Below are positions 15,720 through 24,015 of a stretch of 64,000 bases of DNA, one piece after another. How positions within the stretch are numbered: the stretch's first letter is position 1; every line of letters starts with the position of its first letter. Where the stretch lies: positions 13,271 to 77,270 of the forward strand of contig JAJDBV010000045.1 in NCBI GenBank assembly GCA_029261165.1, read 5' to 3'. The stretch is from Nitrospirota bacterium (GTDB lineage: Bacteria; Nitrospirota; Nitrospiria; SBBL01; JAADHI01). The translations under genes and the position numbers were made by a program. A model generated the notes under the pieces. The model worked only from the letters and a program-made list of their open reading frames with translations, did no database searches and was not told the origin of the DNA.

Positions 15720-16566
15720 AGAAATAAATCGGATGGTGCAGGATGTGAAGTCTTTGCCGGCGCTTCCCGGCATTGTGGTGAAACTCAGGGCCCTGGCGGA
15801 GAGTGACGCGGCTTCCCTTCAAATCATCGCCCGACTGATTTCGTCGGACCAGATTCTCTCCGCAAAAGTACTGAAGCTGGTCAATTCTCCGTTCTACGGT
15901 TTTCCAGGACGTGTCTCCACGGTTTCCAATGCCTTGATTCTCCTCGGGGTCAACGTGGTGAAAGCCCTTGTCCTGAGTTCTTCGATCTTTGATTTGATGG
16001 AAGAAAATGTGGTGGGACTCTGGGAACATTCTTTGGGTGCCGGCGTCGCTGCAAACATTATTACAAAGAGGCTTGCATTGCCGGATGGAGAAGAGATCTC
16101 GACCGCGGCCTTGCTCCACGATATTGGAAAGGTCATTATTAAGATTAAACTCAAAGAGGAGGCCGAACGGATCAGATTAAAGGTTGATGGGGGCGAGGTT
16201 TCAATCAGAGAGGCCGAAAAGGAAGTGCTTGACGTCGATCATGCTGAAATCGGAGGCTGGCTTGGAAAGACCTGGTGCCTTCCCGAGAAACTGATCGAAC
16301 CCATTGCCTGTCATCATGATCCCGTACGGTCGGTGACCTATGCGGATCGAACTGCCGTGGTTCATCTCTCAGACATTCTGATCAAGGCGAGCGGGTTCGG
16401 ATATAGCGGGGATGATCTTGTCCCTCGGATTCAAGAGGCTGCCTGGAAGAAACTGAATCTGAGCGATCATGTCTTGAGGGAGATCGTTGATGAGATTGAA
16501 GACAAACTCATCGAGGTAAAAAATTTCAGCTTGGAGATTCAATCTAGCCATGAAGGGAAAGTTTAG
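15703..16566 (+). CDS. Stand-alone HDOD-domain protein
   Basis: 'LPALPGIVVKLRAL...LISSDQILSAKVLKLVNSPFYGF...VSNALILLG', then 'WEHSLG', 'AALLHDIGKV' and 'HAEIGGWL', which are typical of HDOD. Confidence 0.8.
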   Translation: MQTKREEINRMVQDVKSLPALPGIVVKLRALAESDAASLQIIARLISSDQILSAKVLKLVNSPFYGFPGRVSTVSNALILLGVNVVKALVLSSSIFDLMEENVVGLWEHSLGAGVAANIITKRLALPDGEEISTAALLHDIGKVIIKIKLKEEAERIRLKVDGGEVSIREAEKEVLDVDHAEIGGWLGKTWCLPEKLIEPIACHHDPVRSVTYADRTAVVHLSDILIKASGFGYSGDDLVPRIQEAAWKKLNLSDHVLREIVDEIEDKLIEVKNFSLEIQSSHEGKV

Positions 16567-17473
16567 AATTGCGCTCCTTTCGGACGATCGCAAGATGTCT
16601 GAACCGCTCATCCTTCTGCTTGAGAGCCGGGAATACTGCGTTGTTCTGAGGACGGACTTTTCCCGTGTGCTGGGTGCGCTTTATTCCGATCCTCCCGATA
16701 TGATTATCATCGATTTGGGAGCATTTACTCCGGAACGATTGAAGATCGTCTCAGAACTAAAGACAGACAGCTATTTTGCGATTATTCCGATGATCGGTTT
16801 CATCCGTCCATCGATAGAAGAATCTGTCGCGTGGGAACAGCTCCCGCTCGATGACTACATGGTTCTTCCTGTCCAAACCCCTGAACTTTTCAGCCGGATT
16901 GCGCTGTCAATTCAGCGGATGGAACGGATCTTTGACCACAATCCTCTGACCAAACTCCCAGGAAATACCTCGATTCGGCGTGCCGTCGAAAAGAGTATGG
17001 GGAAGCCCAGAGCGGTCTGCTATGTCGACATCAACCTATTCAAGCCGTATAACGATATTTATGGTTTTGTCCGTGGAGACGAAGTGATTCGTATGCTTGC
17101 GAGGATCATTTCAAATGCCGTAAAGGAATCAAAGGAGGGGGGATTTTCAGGACATATCGGAGGGGATGATTTTGTTTTTATCGTTTCAGGGAAAGAGGCA
17201 GAGGCGGTATCGCAACTCGTCATTGACCGGTTTAGCATGATTGTCGTGAACCTTTTTGATAAGGAAGCGCAGGCCAGAGGCTATTATATTTCCAAGGACA
17301 GGCAGGGGCGACGACAGCGTATCCCGCTGTTGGGCATCGCGATCGCCATTGTCCCGACTTCGAACACGGCCATACAGCACTATGGAGAAGTTGCGGCACG
17401 CGCAGCGGAACTCAAGAAGGAGGCGAAAGCGTCTAAAGCGAGTTGCTACGTCATCGATTGCAGGAAGGCCTGA
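16550..17473 (+). CDS. Degenerate-receiver + GGDEF-family protein with a GGDDF motif
   Basis: The N-terminal receiver-like fold ('DMIIIDL') has 'YMVLPV' in place of the conserved KP. The C-terminal GGDEF-family core has 'VDINLFKPYNDIYGFVRGDEVI' and 'GHIGGDDFVFIV'. No RxxD I-site. Confidence 0.75.
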   Translation: MKGKFRIALLSDDRKMSEPLILLLESREYCVVLRTDFSRVLGALYSDPPDMIIIDLGAFTPERLKIVSELKTDSYFAIIPMIGFIRPSIEESVAWEQLPLDDYMVLPVQTPELFSRIALSIQRMERIFDHNPLTKLPGNTSIRRAVEKSMGKPRAVCYVDINLFKPYNDIYGFVRGDEVIRMLARIISNAVKESKEGGFSGHIGGDDFVFIVSGKEAEAVSQLVIDRFSMIVVNLFDKEAQARGYYISKDRQGRRQRIPLLGIAIAIVPTSNTAIQHYGEVAARAAELKKEAKASKASCYVIDCRKA

Positions 17474-17493
17474 TAGCTTGTTGAAAAACTCGT

Positions 17494-17533
17494 AAGCCGT
17501 CATTCCCGATTAAACAATCGGGAATGACGGCTT
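17494..17533. terminator. Perfect 18-bp stem / 4-nt loop hairpin between convergent genes
   Basis: AAGCCGTCATTCCCGATT-AAAC-AATCGGGAATGACGGCTT. It lies 21 nt after the plus-strand stop and about 60 nt after the minus-strand MCP stop. A T5 run follows on the minus strand (ACGAGTTTTTC). Confidence 0.7.
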
Positions 17534-17594
17534 AACCACAATTAGATGCTGTTTTAACAGCCTGTAAACGGTTGTATCCCTCTCCCCGTCGATA

Positions 17595-19610
17595 TCAGGT
17601 ATGAACGAGGGGGGGTGTCGAACCGTTCTTTGGACCGGTGGTTTTCGCTGTCTTATGAGAGGATTCTTCCGACGATATCAGAAGATTCATGAGATCTCCT
17701 GACATCTTGGAGAGATCTACGGAGGCCGACAGGACATTTTCTGTCCCTTGGTTCATGTGGTCTGCATTTTGAGAGAGTTTTTCGATATGCGTGCTGACCT
17801 CTTTGCTCCCATGTGCGGCTTCAGACATGTTCCGGGTAATTTCACCGGTCGTCGCCGCCTGTTCTTCCACTGCCCCGGCGATCGTTGTTGAGATCTCATT
17901 GGTTTTTTCCACAATTTTTCCAATCTCCTTGATCGATTCCACCGCATCGTCAGTGCTATCCTGAATGGCCTTTATCTTTTCCTGGATTTGACCCGTTGCC
18001 TCGGCCGTGGCGTTTGCCAGGTCTTTGACCTCGCTTGCGACGACCGCAAATCCTTTTCCCGCTTCTCCGGCTCGGGCCGCTTCTATTGTGGCGTTCAAGG
18101 CGAGGAGGTTTGTTTTTCCGGCAATGGCGTTAATGACCTTGACCACCTGGCCGATCTCCTTACTGGAATTTGCCAATTTGGTAATTTTCTTATTCATTTC
18201 CGAAGACATGACCACCGCATTATTGGTGATTGTTGTTGCCTCCTGGACATTTTGTGAGATCTCACTGACAGTGGTCGTCATTTCCTCTGCGGCAACAGCA
18301 ACGGTTGCGACATTTTGGTCTGTTTTTTGACTAATGCTCAGGGCCTCGTTCGCCGCCTTCATAGCAATCTCAGCCTGTCTTTTCATCTCTTGACTGGCAC
18401 TGGACAGCTCTTCTGAAGCGGCCGAGACCGAACTCGATGTTTCCTTCAAGGCGCTTTCCATTCTTGTTTTATTCGTATCGATGGCCCATGTGGCCATCTG
18501 TCCGATGCGATTACCGTGTTGGTCATGGATAGCAACAGCGATGAGTTCGAGGGTCTGATCGCCCAGTGTAATGTTACCTTTATGGGGCAGTGAGTCTTCG
18601 TCTAAAAGGATCTGTCTGACCCGCCCGGGATCGGTACCAAAGCGGTCGATGCAGGTTCCCACAATCTGATCCACGGGAACGGGGAGGAGGTGCGCGATTT
18701 TTTTAAGGTTCTTCAGAGAGGCCGGGTTCATATATTCAATGACGAGGTCGTTGTTTGCAAAGATCATATTTGCGTGGCTTCCATCCAGCATGGCCTCGGC
18801 CCGTGCGAGCGTCGTGGCGCTCGCGTCTGAGGCCGTCTTCAATTTCTCAATCATGTGAGAAAAACCCCGGGCCAGTATCGCGATCCCGTCTTTCCCTTCC
18901 GTGTTCAGTTCAACAGAAAAATCTCCATTTCCGATTTTTTCTGCAGCGTCAGAGAGTTTCCTGATGGGATGGATAATGGTATGACTAATCTTCTGTGAGA
19001 TGAAGGTTAGTAAAATAAGAGCTAGGATCGATCCTCCGATAACAACACGCTTTGCATGACTTACAGCAAAACTTCCCTCAGTCTTTGTTTCGAGGATACC
19101 CTCTTCAATCATATTGGAGACTTTTTCCATTTCGACCGCTAAATCTTCATACACCAATAAAAATACTACTTCTCGATCTGCGGCCGCCACCGGATCTACA
19201 AACGCGAGTTTCGTAATCTCTTCAGCGGTACGAATGTATCTTTCCAGTTCATCTTTTAATAATTTTAGGGCTTCATCTATTATCGGAGCAGTGACCAATT
19301 CCTCATTCTTTTTTATCATCTCCCGAAAGGTAGCGGCATGTGACTTGAGTTCCCTTTCAATCTTGTCTTTTTCAGAGGGATTGTGTTCTCCGGCCAGAAT
19401 CGCCTCGAGGACATCGCCTTTTAAGGCATCGTGCATCATATCTGCCGTGAGATGTGTGCGCATGATTTGTGCCTGATCGGTGATGTTTTGTATGGCGACA
19501 TCGGTTTCCGAGACGCCAAGAATACCGGCAATTGCGATTCCGATAACAAGGGCGCAGCCCGTGAGTGACAAGCTTCTGAGCTTCTTCCTGATGGTCCAAT
19601 TCTTTATCAT
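17595..19610 (-). CDS. Membrane-bound methyl-accepting chemotaxis protein (periplasmic helical sensor, HAMP, PAS-like, MCP signalling domain)
   Basis: 671 aa with two TM segments. HAMP '[20 protein letters not shown]'. PAS-like segment '[16 protein letters not shown]'. MCP hairpin '[37 protein letters not shown]'. Confidence 0.9.
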   Translation of the reverse strand: MIKNWTIRKKLRSLSLTGCALVIGIAIAGILGVSETDVAIQNITDQAQIMRTHLTADMMHDALKGDVLEAILAGEHNPSEKDKIERELKSHAATFREMIKKNEELVTAPIIDEALKLLKDELERYIRTAEEITKLAFVDPVAAADREVVFLLVYEDLAVEMEKVSNMIEEGILETKTEGSFAVSHAKRVVIGGSILALILLTFISQKISHTIIHPIRKLSDAAEKIGNGDFSVELNTEGKDGIAILARGFSHMIEKLKTASDASATTLARAEAMLDGSHANMIFANNDLVIEYMNPASLKNLKKIAHLLPVPVDQIVGTCIDRFGTDPGRVRQILLDEDSLPHKGNITLGDQTLELIAVAIHDQHGNRIGQMATWAIDTNKTRMESALKETSSSVSAASEELSSASQEMKRQAEIAMKAANEALSISQKTDQNVATVAVAAEEMTTTVSEISQNVQEATTITNNAVVMSSEMNKKITKLANSSKEIGQVVKVINAIAGKTNLLALNATIEAARAGEAGKGFAVVASEVKDLANATAEATGQIQEKIKAIQDSTDDAVESIKEIGKIVEKTNEISTTIAGAVEEQAATTGEITRNMSEAAHGSKEVSTHIEKLSQNADHMNQGTENVLSASVDLSKMSGDLMNLLISSEESSHKTAKTTGPKNGSTPPLVHT

Positions 19611-19756
19611 TATTTGTTCCTTCTCATTTCTGAATCGTATTTATGAGCGTCACTAAATCAGATCTGGAGATCAACACGGCTGAATATTGTAAGACATCAC
19701 AGGCCAGGTATCCTATTATTTCGATATGACCAGTCGAGGATTTTTTCCTCAAGTTC

Positions 19757-19783
19757 TTATCGGCAGTTTGCCTCAAAACATTA
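19757..19783 (-). promoter_or_regulatory. Sigma-28-type promoter for the 671-aa MCP
   Basis: The minus strand reads TAATGTTT-N11-GCCGATAA. The -35 is at 19783-19776 and the -10 at 19764-19757. It lies about 145 nt upstream of the start codon. Confidence 0.6.
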
Positions 19784-19825
19784 AGTCTGAATTAAAATAT
19801 TTTGTATTTTGTGTCACGATCGGTC

Positions 19826-20410
19826 TCAAGTGACCGTCATTCTCTTGGATTCGTTCTCGTATCGGACCTGTCTTTCCCTTTTTATGATATAGCGGAAGAG
19901 GTCTTCCTGATCGGACTCCTTAAGATCCCTGAATGCAACACCCATCTCAAGATCGGTTTGGTCCTGAACATCACGGGTCTGTTTTTTTTCTCGCGTCCGG
20001 ACAACTTCTCCCTCCAGGATCAATTCCTTGAAGGGGAGGATTGGCAGGATCAATCTGATCTGAAGCTTTGTTCCCTTGGGTTCTACGTTGGGCACAATAA
20101 ACTTCATCCCGGACGCACTCAAATCGGAAACGACGGCCTGGTGTGGAAAAAAAGACTGATCTTTATCTTCGGCGAGGAGTTTGATGAGGTAGGTGACTTT
20201 CCAGTCAAGCCACAGGAGCATGTTCATCATATGGCGATCCGCCTCCTCCTGATGGGCATGGCTCTTTGAGGCAATCTCACGGACTTCCATAGAAGAAAAC
20301 GAATCGAAGACGTCTGGCTTCATCGGGCTGGAATCGTTCGTGTCGATGATCCGGTATCTCACCGGACAATCTGCGCTGACACGGACAAACTGTCGTTGTT
20401 CTGCGTCCAT
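19826..20410 (-). CDS. PilZ-domain protein with a long insertion between the two c-di-GMP-binding motifs
   Basis: 194 aa. RxxxR ('RQFVR', residues 6-10) and DxSxxG ('DLSASG', residues 96-101) are separated by about 85 aa, against the usual 20-30. Confidence 0.7.
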   Translation of the reverse strand: MDAEQRQFVRVSADCPVRYRIIDTNDSSPMKPDVFDSFSSMEVREIASKSHAHQEEADRHMMNMLLWLDWKVTYLIKLLAEDKDQSFFPHQAVVSDLSASGMKFIVPNVEPKGTKLQIRLILPILPFKELILEGEVVRTREKKQTRDVQDQTDLEMGVAFRDLKESDQEDLFRYIIKRERQVRYENESKRMTVT

Positions 20411-20422
20411 TTCAGAGGTTCC

Positions 20423-21889
20423 TTAGTTCACTGCGCTCCGGCAGGCCAGGCTGTCCATAGAAGTCATCATGATCTGGTTGCGCCCGTTTTTCTTTGCCCG
20501 GTAGAGGGCTTGATCGGCAAGTTCAAAAAGGACGTCTGAACTTGTTATTTCCGGGAGCGGGTAGTGCGCGACTCCGATACTCACCGTCACTTCGATGGCT
20601 TTGCTGTTTAGATTAAAATAGGTTGTTTGTACTTGTTCTTTCATGCGCCTCGCAACCACAAGAACTTCTTCCAGATTCGTTCCCGGGAGGAGGGAAACAA
20701 ACTCGTCTCCGCCGTAGCGTGCAAGGATGTCGACCTCGCGGATACTGTTATTTAAGACCGAGACCATCTTTTGCAGTACCTGATCACCCACCAGGTGTCC
20801 ATGCGTGTCGTTGATGTCCTTAAAATAATCGATATCCACCAGAATTAGGGAGAGGGGCGTGTCGTAACGCTTGGCTCTTCTAAACTCGCGTTCAAGTGTT
20901 TTGGAAAAAGCCCTTCGATTCAAGGTCCCGGTGAGTTCATCTCTCACGGCCAGGTCCTGAACCTGCTGGTACATTTCTGCATTCCGAAGGGCAAGCGTCA
21001 GCGGCGTGGAGATCATTGAAAGCATCTTGGTTTGATAGGGGGTGAAGGGGCCCAATACACCCGTACGGAGTTCTTCCCGTTTATCCACACGGGCAAGCCG
21101 CAAGAGACCAATCTTCTCTTTACCGATGACCAGAGGGATGATAATTTCATATCCCCCCTTGCTTACAACCGGGCCCATGATTTCCTGATCCGTTTTCGTG
21201 AATATTCGGCCTTCCTCTAATGTTCTTTCTGAAAAATGTTTGGCGACGGTTCTCAAGCGTTTGGAGTGGGTCTCAATCCGTGTTTGGTCTGATTTATCCA
21301 TGTAGAGGCATGCGATATCATATGGGACAATATTTTTAATATTCCCAAAAGACAAACGGACGACCTCCTCGATGCGAAGTGACTGACTCAAGCTTTGGTT
21401 CAACTGATGAAGGAGGGAAAGATCCTTGTTCCATCTCTTGAGACGATCCCGTTCTTCCGCGATTGATTTGTTTGCCAATTGAAGGTGATTTGAAAGATCC
21501 ATGATTTTGATGAGGTCTTCGCGGTTCTTTAAACCCTTCCGGATGGTTTTGGCTAAACTTTTCAAAGGGAGTGGGGTCTTGATGTAATCGAATACGCCTG
21601 ACCGAAATAAAACACCCAGCTTTCCGACGTCCAGGGGAGGGCCGAACAGCAAGACACAAGCGGTTGATTGATTTGCACGGAGTTTCTTAAGGAATTTGAG
21701 TATGTCCGTGTATGGAAAATCTGTTTCGATTAGAATAACATCAATCGGGTCATTTTCATGAATGACCTGAGAAGTAGAACCCGCCTCTGCCACCGAGAGC
21801 TTGTATTCGCTGTTCTGAACATAGCGTATAAGGTCTTGATGCTTGTCCACATTGGTACTCATGAGGTGTATTGTCTGCATTTTTCTCAT
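20423..21889 (-). CDS. Diguanylate cyclase: atypical receiver-like N-terminus, GAF-like middle, GGDEF with I-site
   Basis: 'LTGTLNRRAF', 'DIDYFKDINDTHGHLVGDQVL', and 'REVDILARYGGDEFV' (RxxD five residues before GGDEF). The ATG at 21889 is preceded by GGGAG. The annotated longer ORF would run into the upstream gene. Confidence 0.85.
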   Translation of the reverse strand: MRKMQTIHLMSTNVDKHQDLIRYVQNSEYKLSVAEAGSTSQVIHENDPIDVILIETDFPYTDILKFLKKLRANQSTACVLLFGPPLDVGKLGVLFRSGVFDYIKTPLPLKSLAKTIRKGLKNREDLIKIMDLSNHLQLANKSIAEERDRLKRWNKDLSLLHQLNQSLSQSLRIEEVVRLSFGNIKNIVPYDIACLYMDKSDQTRIETHSKRLRTVAKHFSERTLEEGRIFTKTDQEIMGPVVSKGGYEIIIPLVIGKEKIGLLRLARVDKREELRTGVLGPFTPYQTKMLSMISTPLTLALRNAEMYQQVQDLAVRDELTGTLNRRAFSKTLEREFRRAKRYDTPLSLILVDIDYFKDINDTHGHLVGDQVLQKMVSVLNNSIREVDILARYGGDEFVSLLPGTNLEEVLVVARRMKEQVQTTYFNLNSKAIEVTVSIGVAHYPLPEITSSDVLFELADQALYRAKKNGRNQIMMTSMDSLACRSAVN

Positions 21890-21998
21890 CTCTACTCCCA
21901 AAGTTAGACTCGGCCCCAAGTAAATGCAATATGTATGCCATTGAAAGGCAGGAAGGACGCGGAGTGGAATGCATCCGGGATATGGGCCATGTTCTTCC

Positions 21999-22592
21999 TC
22001 ATGGGGAACCCGAAGAACCGGATCGGGTGTATATCGTGAGGAGTTTCTCGTGCAGGTCGTGGAGGAAGTCAAGGTTTTCTGAAAGCTCACTTCCTTCCAG
22101 GATGTCCTGGGATAAAAACGCCTCCATTTTCTTGGATGTCTTTTTTAATTGATGGAGTAAGTCATTGTTTTCTCTAATTAATTTTATCCGTTCTACCGCA
22201 TTGTTTACAACGACATAGAGCTCGGCCAGTTGGAAGGGTTTTGTTAGATAATCATAGGCCCCTCCTCGGATGGCCTCGATGGCGGAGCGAAGAGACGCAT
22301 AGCCGGTAATGATGATGACATGGATCTCGGGGGAAAGCGCACGGATTTTATTGAGAAGTTCAATACCGTTTAACCCGGGCATCTTGAGGTCGGTGAGAAC
22401 CAGATCGAAAGCGGCTTTGTCAAGAAGTTGACAGGCCTGCTCGCCGGATTTGGCGGTCTTTACCTGATACCCTTTCTGGGAAAGTGCTTCTTCCAAGAGG
22501 TCTCTTGGGCCGCTTTCGTCATCAACCACGAGAATCTTTACACGCGTTTCGGTCGGCAAAGTTTTCTTAGCTCTGGGCAAAGGTTTCCTCAT
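21999..22592 (-). CDS. Single-domain response regulator with a C-terminal coiled-coil tail
   Basis: 'ILVVDDESGPRDLL', 'DLVLTDLKMPGLNG', 'IIITGYASL' and 'DYLTKPF'. No output domain is recognised. Start taken at Met-14 (22592); 22631 is possible. Confidence 0.85.
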   Translation of the reverse strand: MRKPLPRAKKTLPTETRVKILVVDDESGPRDLLEEALSQKGYQVKTAKSGEQACQLLDKAAFDLVLTDLKMPGLNGIELLNKIRALSPEIHVIIITGYASLRSAIEAIRGGAYDYLTKPFQLAELYVVVNNAVERIKLIRENNDLLHQLKKTSKKMEAFLSQDILEGSELSENLDFLHDLHEKLLTIYTRSGSSGSP

Positions 22593-22827
22593 CAGTAGAC
22601 CCTTCCCTGGGGTCTTGGCGTTCCACTTCATTTAACGCGGGGGGCAATTCCGAGAACTTTCTCCGGGACGCTTCCGAAATGGTCACCCGGTCCCTTCTAG
22701 AGACATCTTGGAGTTTTGTTGTTCCCTCCTGGGGTTCCGGACCCGACCCCGTCGTGCTTGCTTTGGACTTTATAAGGTGATGATAGGTCCTCAACACATT
22801 TTGAACTTGATAAATTGTAATACTCAT
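22567..22827 (-). CDS. Small hypothetical protein, first gene of a sigma-28-driven operon (weakly FlgM-like)
   Basis: 86 aa. A strong RBS (AAGGAG) sits 6 nt before the ATG, and a sigma-28-type promoter lies about 40 nt upstream. 'DRVTISEASRRK' is faintly reminiscent of FlgM-type proteins; there is no firm family call. Confidence 0.55.
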   Translation of the reverse strand: MSITIYQVQNVLRTYHHLIKSKASTTGSGPEPQEGTTKLQDVSRRDRVTISEASRRKFSELPPALNEVERQDPREGSTDEETFAQS

Positions 22828-22864
22828 ACGGGCTCCTTAGGAGAAGAAAGGGGTACTTTCTCCT

Positions 22865-22892
22865 CTATCGGAAGGTTGGTGTGGAAACTTTA
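22865..22892 (-). promoter_or_regulatory. Sigma-28-type promoter for the small-ORF / receiver / GGDEF / PilZ operon
   Basis: The minus strand reads TAAAGTTT (22892-22885), a 13-nt spacer, then CCGATAG (22871-22865). The -35 is perfect; the spacer is 1 nt longer than in the other sites. Confidence 0.55.
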
Positions 22893-23167
22893 GAAGATGT
22901 TGAAGCGAAACACTTCTGGAATCCTGCCTGAGCGGGAATGACGGCGCAAAGCAAAGGTTCACTTGAAATCGTAAGTTTTTTTAATGTTCTCCCGTCCGGA
23001 GGCCGCAAGAGAGACGAGGGTGTCTATAAGGTCTCGCGCTCATATTTAGGCCAGATTTGGTCGATCTGTAATGAGAAACACCGGAGGAATCGTTATTCTA
23101 TTTCGAGGATGGATCGATTGAAGATCGGCCGAAGATGGCCTGAAGATGAGCGTGAGAAGGGGGAGGG

Positions 23168-23527
23168 TTAGGTGTGTGGGCCGTAGGCCTGAACTATTTT
23201 TTTTCCAAGATCAAGATCTTGTCTCAAGCCTCTCATTTTCTGAACGACCAATGTCTTGATCTGATTGTCTATCGAGAGGGTTTTTCGGATCAATTCGGCC
23301 TGCCTTTCGGCGGCCTCCTTGTCCATGCGCTGGTTTTTTCCCGGAGTCCTGACCCGCTTCAGGATATTTTGGCGGCCCGTTTCCTGAGAAGTCAGGCTGT
23401 GCCAATCCCCCCGTTGTGCGTTCTCAAACATTTGCTGGGTCACGGCGTAGACCTCAGCATACAGGACGATATTCTGTTGATCTGTCGGATGCTCTTTTTT
23501 TCTTCGTATGCGTGCCGGATTCTTCAA
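23168..23527 (-). CDS. fliT: FliT-like flagellar export chaperone
   Basis: 119 aa, helical, directly downstream of fliS. The tail 'IRKTLSIDNQIKTLVVQKMRGLRQDL...KKIVQAYG' parallels E. coli FliT '...ILDNESRVKQLLQIRMDELAKL...SVLSAYG'. Confidence 0.6.
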   Translation of the reverse strand: MKNPARIRRKKEHPTDQQNIVLYAEVYAVTQQMFENAQRGDWHSLTSQETGRQNILKRVRTPGKNQRMDKEAAERQAELIRKTLSIDNQIKTLVVQKMRGLRQDLDLGKKIVQAYGPHT

Positions 23528-23533
23528 GTGGAA

Positions 23534-23965
23534 TTATCCCCTCCGGGTCCCTTCCAAGGACATCTCCTGTGTGTCTGATTTGGGCCGACTTCCTATTTCC
23601 TTCCAGGCCCCTTTTATTTCAGACAGCAATTGAATGACCTCATCCAGAGCTTCGACATTGTTTTTATGATTGGCCTCTACCAGTTTTACAGACATGTATT
23701 CGTATAATGCCATGAGATTGGCCGCAAGTTCTCCACCCGCTTCAACGTTCAGGCTTCGGGCCAGTTCTTGTATAATACTGATTGCCTTGGAAATCGCATT
23801 TCCCTTCGCCGGGATATTTTTACGTGAGATCTCTCTTTTGGAAGCGATGATGGCCTCAATTGCGCCTTCCAACAACATTAAAATCAGCCCATGCGGATCG
23901 GCGGCAGCGACCGCGGTTCCAATTCCGACCTCCGTGTATCGATTCATAAGGCTATTTTGCGGCAT
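23534..23965 (-). CDS. fliS: Flagellin-specific chaperone FliS
   Basis: 143 aa with 'DPHGLILMLLEGAIEAI' and 'KAISIIQELARSLN...GGELAANLMALYEYM'. Confidence 0.9.
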   Translation of the reverse strand: MPQNSLMNRYTEVGIGTAVAAADPHGLILMLLEGAIEAIIASKREISRKNIPAKGNAISKAISIIQELARSLNVEAGGELAANLMALYEYMSVKLVEANHKNNVEALDEVIQLLSEIKGAWKEIGSRPKSDTQEMSLEGTRRG

Positions 23966-24015
23966 GAACTCCTCCTATCTTTGTTTTTGTCGAGGTCGAC
24001 CGTAAGTATGGATCA

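Noticed and set aside
20423-22090. The full 555-aa ORF as the GGDEF protein.
   Set aside because: The first 67 codons overlap the 3' end of the upstream response-regulator gene and translate to non-protein-like sequence. An ATG with a GGGAG RBS at 21889 begins the recognisable protein.
23120-23147. The GAAGAT 11-bp periodic repeats, or the 51-bp CheB repeat, as a CRISPR-like or minisatellite array.
   Set aside because: There are only 2-3 units, no repeat-spacer architecture and no cas genes. The CheB repeat is in-frame coding sequence.
22938-23171. 77-aa plus-strand ORF in the fliT / sigma-28 operon spacer.
   Set aside because: It has no RBS and a basic, low-complexity translation. It overlaps a REP-like element and the GAAGAT repeats.
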